NCBI RefSeq assembly: GCF_963921235.1
Contig: NC_086109.1
Coordinates: forward strand, 7,380,001 to 7,444,000
DNA: 64,000 bases
Origin: Mobula hypostoma
Taxonomy: Eukaryota
Direction of reading: 5' to 3'
The translations under genes were made by a program, and so were the position numbers. The stretch's first letter is position 1; each line of letters begins with the position of its first letter. The notes beneath the pieces were generated by a model that was not told the origin of the DNA, did not search any database, and was given only the letters and a program-made list of their open reading frames with translations. Positions 39,131 to 50,071 of the stretch are shown in pieces.

Positions 39131-39389
39131 TCAATGGGAGTAGCTAGAAACACCACAAAGGAACAGGAGACAATAAAATCTCACTGTGCCTCAGATCTTC
39201 CAGAGCAGGCGCGGATCACAAGCCGGTTACACTCCCAGTTGGGAGCAAGATTGAACTAATCAGCAGGCAGATGGCAGATCTGAATACGTTGGCTTATATG
39301 CATGGCAGTTTTGACAAGTTCATTATCTTTATAAATTTGCTCAGTCATGTAATAAATAAAATTGTCCTCTTGGCTAACGTTTGTTTCAG

Positions 39390-39504
39390 TTAACAGCTGC
39401 TAGGTACAGTTGATGCAACCACTGGAATGTGCTGTGGGCATATTCTCCAATCACAGATCTCTCCCCTACTGCCAGCCACCCCAGGAATAACATTTATATG
39501 GAAG
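39390..39504 (+). other. Candidate plus-strand exon
   Basis: Branch-point-like ctaac plus gtttgtttcag acceptor, and AAG|gtaatc donor, in non-repeat sequence. Confidence 0.35.
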
Positions 39505-42500
39505 GTAATCACCCACCATCTGTATTTTATTATGAAACTATTTGGCATTATGTTTTTTACACTGTAAGCAATAGTCAAAACTGTGAAAATATTGAATATT
39601 GAGCACAAGAGGTTTATGAAGGCAACAAACTCAAACAAAAGGACAGATGAAAATGAAACACTTTGGCATAATCTAGCCACCATGAGGGTGAAAAACCTCA
39701 CCGGCTGACGGGGATGTGGCATTATGGGTATCAAAAACAAACTTATAAGTATGGAGGGGTGGGGGGGGGGGAGCTCATTGAAATCTATCAAAAGGCCAAG
39801 ATAAAGGAGTCATAGAGAAGTTACAGTTTGGATCAGGCCCTTTGGCCCATCTAGTCCATGCCTAGCCATTTAAACTGCCTACTCCCATCGACCTCCACCA
39901 GGACCATACCCCTACCATTCATGTACCTATCCAGACTTCTCTTAAACATTGAAATCGAGCTCTCGTGCAAAACTTGTGCCCTCAGCTCATTCCACACCCT
40001 CACGACCCTCTGAATGAATAAGTTTCCCCTCGCGTTGAGTCGATGTGGAGAGGATGCTCCCTTTAGCAGGAGAGTCTAGGACCAGAGAGCACAACCTCAG
40101 AGTACAAGGACGTCCTTGTAGAATAGAGATGAAGAGGAATTTCTTTAGCCAGAGGGCGGTGAATCTGTGGAAACCATTGCCAAAGATGACTGGGGAGGTG
40201 AAGCCATTGGGTATATTTAAAATGGAGGTTAAGAGCTTCTTGATTAGTAAGGGTGTCAAAGATAAAGGGGAGAAGGCAGGTGAATGGGAATAAGAGGGAT
40301 AATAAATCAGACATGATGGAATGGCAGAACAGACAACCCCCATATACTTTTTTCCAATCACCTTAAGATTATGTATGCCCTCCCATGTTAGCCATTACCA
40401 TTCTGGGAAAAATCTCCGGCTGTCCACTCAATCTATGCCTCTTATCATCTTATACACCTCTATCAAGTCACCTCCCATCTTCCTTCACTCCAAAGAGAAA
40501 AGCCTTAGCTCACTCAGCCTATCCTCATAAGACCTGCTCTCATAAATTCTTAAAACACGTATTTCAGAAGCTGTAATTAAAAAACATCCTATCATTTTAT
40601 TGAAAGCAAAAAGCTGCAGATACCAGAAATCTGAAATAAAAAGAGGTAAGGAGTTCTGGGAAGGCACAGAGGATCAGACAGTATACATGTCAACATATTT
40701 GGAGAAATAGAGTTAACACTTCAAATGTTGATGTCTCATCACAACTGAAGCTTCTGTGGCGTGAGTAGTTTGCCATTGCTTCCTTCTGGGCAGTGCCTTT
40801 TCAAGACGGGTGACCCCAGCCATTATCAATACTGTTCAGAGATTGTCTGCCTGGCATCAGTGGTTGTTAACTAGTACTTGTGATATGCACCAGCTGCTCA
40901 TACGACCATCCACTACCTGCTCCCATGGCTTCAAGTGACCCTGATCTGGGGGCTAAGCAGGTGCTACACCTTGCCCAAGGGTGACCTGCAGGCTAGTGGA
41001 GGGAAGGAGCACCTTACACCTCCTTTGGTAGAGACGTATCTCAACCCAGCCACCTCATTTCGATGTGTGCACGAGTAACAAAGAAAGCTGATCTGATCCA
41101 TTTAATTTCTTTAATGTTTGTTGCAAACTCAGTGGGTCAACTTTCCCTTTTCCCTGGTGTATCTCTCAGCGACTGTGGTGTACACCGCCACTTCTGACCT
41201 TCTGGTCATCTTACAGTCGAATCCTCTATGACTTCAACAGCCTGGGTCTCAGATTCCTGGAGCACCTTCCTTTTCTTTTAATACCCCCAGGACCTGGGGG
41301 GGGGGTAACTTTTCCATGCAGAAGGAGGTGAGTAGCTGTCTCAGGAAGTGGTTGAGACAGGTACAACAGTATTATTTCAGAAGCACTTAGCCTTGGAGGA
41401 ATATGGGCCAAATGCAGGAAATTGGGAGTAGTCAGGTGTGCACCATTGCTGGCATCGTGTGGATGGGCTGAAGGGCTGCATTGCTCTATGACTAATGTGT
41501 CTCCTTGACCCTCTCACTTTTCTGTATAGGGTACTGGAGTCATATGAGCAGTTTTGGGCCCCAAAAGCATGTGCCGGCTTTGGAGAGGATTCAGAGTACG
41601 TTAACGGGAATGATTCTGGGAATGAAAGAGTTAATATACAAGGAATGATTGAAGACTCTGGGCCCGTTACTTGCTGGAATTTAGAAGAAAGACAGGGGGA
41701 ATCTCATTGAAACCTATCAAATGGTCCAAGTCCGAAATAGAATGGATGTGAAGAGGATGTTTCCTTTGGTGGGGGAGTCTAGGACCAGAGGGAGCTGCCT
41801 CAAAATCAGGGGACGTCCACTTCGATGAGGAGGAATTTCTTTAGCCAGAGGCTGGTGAATCTGTAGAATTCATTGTCACAGACGGCTGTGGAGGCCAGGT
41901 CAGTGGGTGGTAGGTTCTTGATTAGGCAGGGAGTGCAAGGGAAAAAGGCAGGAGAATGGGGTTGAGAGGGAAATGGATTAGTCATGATGGATGGCAGAGC
42001 AGACGATGGGCTGAATGGCCTATGGTCTCATATGGTCTCAGCGCTTCCAATCAAATCAGTGTCTGTTTGATAATGCTTCAGTAGACAGGCTTTGGGACGT
42101 CTTGTGAAGTTGGAGGGGCAAGGTGGATGAAATTTATGGTGCTGCTATAAGGCGACAATAACAGAAGGGTGGTGCAGGATTCTGTTTGAAGTACCTCTAC
42201 CCTGTGGGACGCTGAAGGAGGAAAGAATGAGGCTCCCTCTTATCACTACAGAATTATTATAGTCACTAAAAGAAGAATTACTCTTCACAAACACAGCAGC
42301 TTGAATTGGAAATGGTTATGTTAATTTTAATTTAGTCACACTAATCGGATTCCATTTGGCCTGTGGTCAGATTCATTTATCATTTAAGGCCAGGGACTTT
42401 GAATCACTAACCTGTATGATACCTCCAGCCAAGCATATTCATGTCCGGAACAATTGCTTCTTATCTTGTCAAATGCACAATTTCCAGAGCAGCTCATTGG

Positions 42501-42664
42501 CTCGCACGACCTTTTCAGTCTCTGGGGAAGCCGAATGTGATGACTAGTTGTTTGAGGTACAGGATCCGATGGCATTGTGGTCTGGTAAGAATATTAAATG
42601 CAATGATGGCATTTTCCAAGTGCCGCTGGAGCTGAAATCTATCAGCATTAGCAGTCTGTGCCTC

Positions 42665-43219
42665 AGAATTGGCCACTTTATCAGTTGCCTCCTGTCCCTA
42701 ATAAAGTAGCCACTGAGTGTGTGTTCACGGCCTTCTGCTGCGGCAGCCCATCCACTTCGAGGTTCGACGTGTTGTGCATTAGAGATGCTCTTCTGCACAC
42801 CACTGTTGTAATGTGTGGTTATCTGAGTTACTGTCACCTTCCTGTCAGCTTGAACCAGTCTGGCCATTCTCCTCTGACCTCTCTCATTAACAAGACATTT
42901 TCGCTCACAGAGCTGGACTGACTGGATTTTTTTGGGATTTTGTTTTTCATACCATTCTCTGTAAACTCTAGAGACTGTTGTGAATGAAAATCCCAGAAGA
43001 TCAGCAGTTTCTGAGATACTCAAACTACCCCATCTGGCACCGACAATCATTCCATGGTCAAAGTCACTTGGATCACATTTTTCCCCCATTCTGATGTTTG
43101 GTCTGAACCTCTTGACCATGTCTGTGTGCTCTTATGCATTGATTTGCTGCCGTGTGATTGGATACTTGTTTTACCAAGCAGGTGTACAGCTGTATCGAAC
43201 AAAGTGGCCACTGAGTGTA
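42665..43219 (-). mobile_element. Tc1-derived transposon retaining the N-terminal DNA-binding region
   Basis: ORF 42544..43119(-): MGEKCDPSDFDHGMIVGARWGSLSISETADLLGFSFTTVSRVYREW..GQRRMARLVQADRK; terminal aaagtggccactgagtgTA. Confidence 0.9.
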
Positions 43220-43457
43220 TTTAATGGTTCTTGTTACAGAAAGGTTCATTTGCTCTGCTTTCATGGACAAATTACAACACATGGGTTCAGCCCTGTAAGG
43301 CAAAATGCTCCTTTCAACCCCAAGATCATAGAGAACAGAACACCCATCACTCTCCTATTCCTCTTCCTATTTTCATTTGTTCTTTTTTCAAACTGATACA
43401 ACGTCTTCAACCTTGTGAGTTCAAGATTAAAGGTGAGCTTTATTTGTCACATGTATA

Positions 43458-44040
43458 TAGAGTCAAAGAACACTACAACACAGAAACAGGCCTTTCGGCC
43501 CATCTAGTCTGTGCTGAACCATTAACCTGGCCAGTCCCATCGACCTGTAAACAGACTATAGCCCTCCATATCCCTACCATCCATGTACCTACCAAATTTC
43601 CTTAAATGTTGAATTTGACCCCACATGCACCACTTGCACTGGCAGCTCGTTCCACACTCACCACCTTCTGAGTGAAGAAGTTTCCCCTTGTTCCCCTTAA
43701 ACTTTTCACCTTTCACCATTAACCCATAACCCCTAGTTCTAGTCTCACCCAACCTCAGTGGAAAAAGCCTCTCTGCATTTATGCTATCTGTACCCTTCAT
43801 AATTTTTTATACCTCTATCAAATCTCGCCTCAATTTTCTACATTCCAGAAAATAATTCCTAATCTATTTGACCTCTCCCTGTAACTCAAGTTCTCAAGTC
43901 CCAGGAATATCCTTGTAAATTCTCCCTGCACTCATTCAATCTTATTTTCATCTTCCCTGTAGGTAGGTGACCAAAACTGCACACAATACTTTAAATTAGG
44001 CCTCACCAATGTCTCATACAATTTCAACATAATATTCCAG
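43458..44040 (-). mobile_element. CR1 LINE 3' fragment
   Basis: ORF 43522..43800(-): LFPLRLGETRTRGYGLMVKGEKFKGN. Confidence 0.85.
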
Positions 44041-47000
44041 CTCTAGCCTTCATAAATCGATGTATTGAGTACAGGAGTTGGGAGGGTGAAATGTATTGTT
44101 TGCGTCAATGTCCGACACAGTCAAGTGTCGCCATGCTTCCGGCACCAATATAGCACGCCCACAGCTCAGTAACCCTGACCCATAGCATGCCCACGGCTCA
44201 CTAACCCTGACCTGTACACCTTTGGAATTTGGGAGGAAACTGGAGCACCCGGAGGAAACCCACGCAGTCACAAGTGGAACATACCAACTCCTTACAGACA
44301 GCAGTAGGGCAGTAGGGACTGAACCCCAATCTATCAGCTGGCTCTGTAAAGTGTTACGCTAACCACTACGCTACTCTGCCACCCCACGCATCAGCTCCCA
44401 GTGCCGTAACACTCAGAGCGTGCAGTCTAAAACAGGGAGAGAAATTCCTTCTCCTCTCTCACGGAACGTGGGCCAGAAGTTGTCAGCGTTCAGTTCGAAT
44501 GTTGCCATTCCTCAAGGAGGGGACTGAGAATAACATGACTAAGTTAGCTTTACTCTGTCAGCAACCCAGGTTCCATTCCCGCAGCTGTCTGTAAGGAGTT
44601 TATACGTTTTCCCTCTGACCGCGTGGGGTTCCTCCAGGTGCTGCGGCACAGGTGACCCGAGTTCAATTCCAACCACTGCCTGTAAGCTTCTCTCTGTGAC
44701 CATGTGGGTTTCCTCCGGATGCTCCGGTTTCCTCCCACAGTCCAAAGACGTACCAGTTGGTAGGTTAATTGGTCATTGTAAACTGTCTCGTGATTAGGCC
44801 AGGGTTAAATCGGGGGTTGCTGGGTGACAGGGGTCAAAAGGTCAGAAGGGCCTGTTCCATGCTGCATCTCAACAGATGAAAAACGCATCCCCAGAACTGA
44901 AATATTCCCAGCCCTCTGCTCTGGAAGCTGTACCGACATGCCAAACCTTCTGGTTAATTTTCCACTGCCAGCCTTTCTGCTTTGTATGTGACTGAGCATC
45001 CCAGGGAAATAAATATTGAAAACCTCTCAGCTATATCCAAGATCATTTAGTTCATGTGATTCTGATCGAGCCCTGACTGAGCAGTTTGCTTCGTGACCTT
45101 GGGTGCTTCATTGTAATCACACACTTGCAGGATCTTATAACAGAGAAAATAAAAGAGTCAGTAGAGAAGCTAGCATTTTCCCAGGTCGAAACTATTGCTT
45201 TCTCAAGCCACATACACTGGATATCACAGCTCCCGTTGCTGGCATTCACACTTATATCTTCTATCTGCCCTCATTGGCAAATCTTCATCCTGTCTTCTCG
45301 CCTTGGATCATGTCTATGTTCAAAGTTCAAAGTCAGTTTACTAGAAATAACTGCTAGACATTTCTACCCAGGGTTAATACCAGAGGGCATGTATTTAAGG
45401 TGAGAGGGGGTAATTTTAAAGGAGGTGTGAGAGGCAAGATATTCACAGAGAGTGGTGGGTGCCTGTAATCTGCTGCCTGGGACAGTGATAGAGACAGATA
45501 CATCAAGGACTTTGAAGAGATATTTAGATAGGTACACTCATGTGAGCAAAATGGAAGGGTATGGACGTTGTAGGACAGGAGAGATTAGATTAGTTAGCTA
45601 CTTGACTGTTTATTTGATTGGTTTGGCGTAACGTTGTGGGCGGTAGGGCCTGTTCCTGTTCTGTACATTCCGCGTCCCATTATCAATCTACACATATGTG
45701 ACCATATACAACCTTGAGATTCATTTTCTTGCAGACATTTAGAGGGAAAATAAGGAAGTACAATAGAATCTACGAAAAACTATACAAAAAACTGACAAAA
45801 ACCAAGGTGCAAAGAAGACAAGTTGTGCAGAGTTCCTGAAAGCGAGTCTGTAGGCTGTAGGGTCAGTTTGGAGTTGAGGTGAGTGAAGTTACCCACACTG
45901 GTGATAGTTGTGGGGCAACTACCTACATATCCCCTTGTACTATACATTACCTCAAGATTCATTTTCTTGCAGGTATTTACAGGAAAATAAGAAGTACAAC
46001 AGAATTTATGCATAAATAAAGACTTGCATAAATAAAACCAACCTGATGGTTGTAGGGTAATAACTGATTCTGAACCTGGTGGTGTGGGACCTAAGGCTCC
46101 TGTACCTCCTTCCCAATGTTAGTAGCGAGAAGAGAGCATGACCTGGATGGTGGGGCTTCCAGCACTAACATATTCTTTCCTCCCTCACTATCAAGTGATT
46201 TCTTTCTCTCTGTTTACATCCTCTTTAGAGAGTTCAGCAGCCTTTAACAAGCCTTGCCCGCCCTCTCTCAGCCAGAGTCAGCAACACCGCCACACTCCCC
46301 TGGTCTGCACTCATTCTCTTTGTTCTGTCCAAATTAAAACATACTTGTCTTCTAATTTTTCAGACTTCTGACCTGAAACATTCTGCTAAAGCAGGGAATC
46401 CCAACCTGGGATCCGTGGATCCCTTTGCTCTGTGGCGTAGATATGGTTGGGCAACCACCTACTCTAAAGCTTCATCTTCTGATCAAAGTGGCACCAAGCT
46501 GTTGTCTCCATTGAGGTGGTGGCTCAGAATTATTCATTTTTCTAGCTGACTTTTGAGTTTATAGAGATGATTTTGGGGATTGAAGCGGGAATTAGGGATC
46601 AGGTTAAGTTTAGAGTCAGGACGTGGGGAGCTAGAGGCCAGTGAGAGTCTAGGCCTCCGCTCTGTGTTTGAAAAACAGTGACGAAGACATGTGAAGGACA
46701 TCCATGGTAGGATGTTGGGCTGGAAGACCAGCAAGAACAAAGATTGATGAACCTACCTGCCCCCAAGGTTAGCCATTTGGAGGCAGGTTCTGGGCAGGAG
46801 CTACAAGGGCTGATAACTATATAGGTATGTGAATCAGCAAGACCAGATTTCAAGGCCTAGTGTTCGGGGTCCAGTCATCAATGAGACCAGAGTTTGAGGC
46901 CTACTGTTTAGGTTCTGGTTATCAGTGAGACCGGAGGGTGAGAGCTAGTGTTTGGGATCCAGTCATCAGTGAGACCAGACTTCAAAGCCTGGTGTTTAGA

Positions 47001-47567
47001 GTCTGGTCATCAGCGACACCAGAGTTCGAGGCCTAGTATTTAGGGTCCTCATGAGCGAAACTAGAGTTCGCGGCCGAGTATTTGGGGTTGAGTCATCAGT
47101 GAGACCAGCGTTCGAGGCCTCTTGCTTGGGGTCCAACATCAACATCAATGTGACTAGTGTTCAAGGCCTAGTGTTCAGAGTCCAGTCATGATCAAGACCA
47201 GACTTCGAGGCCTAGTGTTTGGGGTCCAGTCATCAGTGAGACCAGAATTCGAGGTCTCATGTTCGGGGTCCGGTCATCAGCCAGACCAAAGTTCAAGGCC
47301 TTGTATTTGGGGTCCAGTCATCAGCGAGACAGGACCTCGAGGCCTAGTGTCCAGAGTCCGGTCATCAGCAAGACCAGATTTTGAGGCCTAGTGTTCAGGG
47401 TCAAGTCATTAGTGAGACCAGAGTTCAAGGCCTAGTGTTTGGGGTCTAGTCATAGCAAGACCAGCGTTCGAGGCCTAATGTTCCAGTCCAGTCGTCAGCC
47501 AGAACGGAGTTCGAGGCCTAGTGTTCAGGGTACAATCATCAGTGAGACCAGATTTCGAAGCCTAGTG

Positions 47568-47779
47568 CAGACATCCCACCTCTCCCGGAAGTTCCTGGAG
47601 TCTCCCGCATATCGACAGTGGCTCCCTGACGTCCGCAAATTATATACAATATCCCAGAAATCAATTTTTTTGAAAGCGAGTGAGCGAAAGGGAGAGGGGG
47701 GAGGGAGGGACGGAGGGAGAGAGAGAGGGGAGGGGGACAGGGAGAAGGAGAGGGAGAGGGAGGGAGGGAGAGGAAGAGA

Positions 47780-47813
<34 letters not shown>

Positions 47814-48952
47814 CAGAGAGAGTGAGTGACAGAGAGAGCATCCTGATTGGTCTCTCTTTGTGCTAAGTAGACCTATCAGTTTTCTCTGTGGGCGGGCTTT
47901 ACAGTTGAATTAAAGGGGATTAGAGCGGGGTTTAAATTGGAGCGAAATTCCAAAATTGTCCGCAAAAACGCGCTCGCAGCAAGCAAATTCTTCGGGTTTT
48001 TTTCCTGAAACACTTCCACTTACAGGTACATCGAAGCCCGCGATGGGCTGGGTTTAAGCACAGCCGTTCTCAGAAGAAAAACCAATTTTAATAAATACCT
48101 GGCTCCACCGAGGTCTCATCATTAGGACAGTGAACTGTTTACCTGTGTTGCGCACTTTATATGCATTTTGAATTACACTTTATTAAATAATGTGGCAATA
48201 TATTGTTTTATGTGGTGTGCGTGATATATGTATTGTGGCTACACCGTGGTCCGGACAGAGGTTGTTTCATTTGTGGACAATCAGCCAAATGACAATAAAC
48301 TTGAACTTGAAGATACAGAACTTCTAAATCACTCATTTAAAATCCCCCACTTCGATGTAAAACAGTAAGTTCTGATCCCGACCATTGCAGGCAGTGTGTG
48401 TGTGTGTGACTACGGACGTGTATGCGATCGGACGTTGTCTGAATGAATGTTAAGTGGCGCACACCTGTAATAAGGATACACCTTATTCTTTTATTTCTTT
48501 TAGGGACCACGACATATTAGGGAGGCTAAATGCAGGGAAAGCTGCTCAAGTATTTCACAGTTCTTTAAAGCAGAAAACCAAAGTCTGACAGAGAAGGTCA
48601 CTAGAGCTGAGCTGTACTTTACATCTTTCATCATTGAGCATAATCTGCCATTCCAGGTGTGTTAGCACACAGGCAAGCTATTCAGGAAAATGTTTCCTGA
48701 TTCAGATATAGCAAAAAACTATGCCTGCTCATCAACCAAGACAGCAGCTATTGTGAACATGCCACATTAAGACAGAATTCAGAGGTTAGCTGTCTCTGTG
48801 AATCTGATGTCTTGCAAAATTAACAAATTCATTGACACAGACTGCTATGAGGTTGAGACTTCCAGTTGAAACCTCCCTGAAATGAGGTTGAGACCTCCCT
48901 GAAATGAGGTTGAGACCTCTCTGAAATGAGTTTTTGCAGGGTGGGATGTCTG
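47568..48952 (+). mobile_element. Internally deleted hAT transposon with transposase remnant
   Basis: 13-bp perfect TIR cagacatcccacc / ggtgggatgtctg; 6-bp TSD ctagtg; 48504-48770 encodes VTRAELYF..IIEHNLPF..*H..KLFRKMFPDSDIAK.Y.C..TKT..IV. Confidence 0.9.
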
Positions 48953-49842
48953 CTAGTGTCAGGGTCAGGTCATTAGTGAGACCTGAGTTCAAGGCCTAGT
49001 GTTCGGTTTCCAGTCGTCAGTGAGACCAGAATTTGAGGCCTAGTGTTTGGGACCCAGTCATCGGCACCACCAGAGATTAAGGCCTCCTATTTGGGATCCA
49101 ATGTCAGTGAGACTAGAGTTTGAGGCCTAGTGTTCAGAGTCCAGTTATGAACGAGACCAGACTTCGAGGCCTAGTGTTCAGGGTCCAGTCGTCAGTGACA
49201 CCAGAGTTCAGGGCTTAGTGTTCAGGGTCTAGTCATCAGTGAGACCAGAATTCGAGGCCTCATGTTCAGGGTCCAGTCATCAGACAGACCAGAGTTCAAG
49301 CCCTTGTGTTTGGGATCCAGTCATCAGCAATACCAGACTTCAAGACCTAGTGTTCAGGGTCCAGTCATCAGCCAGAACGGAGTTCAAGGCCTAGTATTCA
49401 GGGTACAGTCATCAGTGAGACCAGATTTCAGGGCCTAGTCTCCAGGGTTAGGTCATCAGCAATTCCAGAGTTCGAGGCCTAGTGCTTGGGGTCCAGTAGT
49501 AGCGAGACCAGTGTTTGAGGTGTAGTGTTCAGGTCCAGTCATCAGCCAGAATGCAGTTCGAAGCCTAGTGTTCACGGTCCAGTTATCAGCAAGACCAGTT
49601 CAAGGCTTCCTGTTTGGGGTCTAACATCAGTGAGACTAGAGTCGGAGGCCTAGCTTTCAGAGTCCAGTCATAAGCGGACCAGGGTTCGAGGTGTAGTGTT
49701 CAGGGTACAGTCATCAGTGAGACCAGAATTTCAAGCGTAGTGTTCAGGGTCCGGTCATCAGCGACACCATAGTTCGAGGCCTTGTGTTTAGGGTCCGGTC
49801 ATCAGCGAGATCAGCGTTTGAGGCCTATTGTTTGTGGTCTGG

Positions 49843-50071
49843 TGTGGTAAACCATGTATATATGTTGTAACTTGGTTACCTGTCTGGACACACCCCTCTG
49901 CTGACTGCCCCTGTGGCTCCTCCCACAGAGTCCTGTATAAAGGTGTTCGGCTTGCCCCTCCCCCTCAGTCCAGGGGCAGACACTCACTGTGGAGGTCGTA
50001 TTGTACAGCGAATAAAAGCCTTTTGGTATTTTACCAAACCTCAGTCTTTTGGAGTAATTGAAGGTGCTTCA
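49843..50071 (+). mobile_element. Solo LTR (229 bp)
   Basis: TG...CA ends, perfect 5-bp TSD TCTGG (49838-42, 50072-76), TATAAA at about 49936 and AATAAA at 50011. Confidence 0.9.

Noticed and set aside
45795..45803. V(D)J RSS nonamer ACAAAAACC (also at 57752)
   Set aside because: No CACAGTG heptamer at 12- or 23-bp spacing, both lie in repeats, and no V or J segments are seen.
47439..47841. Arg/Glu-rich and Leu/Ser-rich ORFs
   Set aside because: Translations of the GA microsatellite inside the hAT element.
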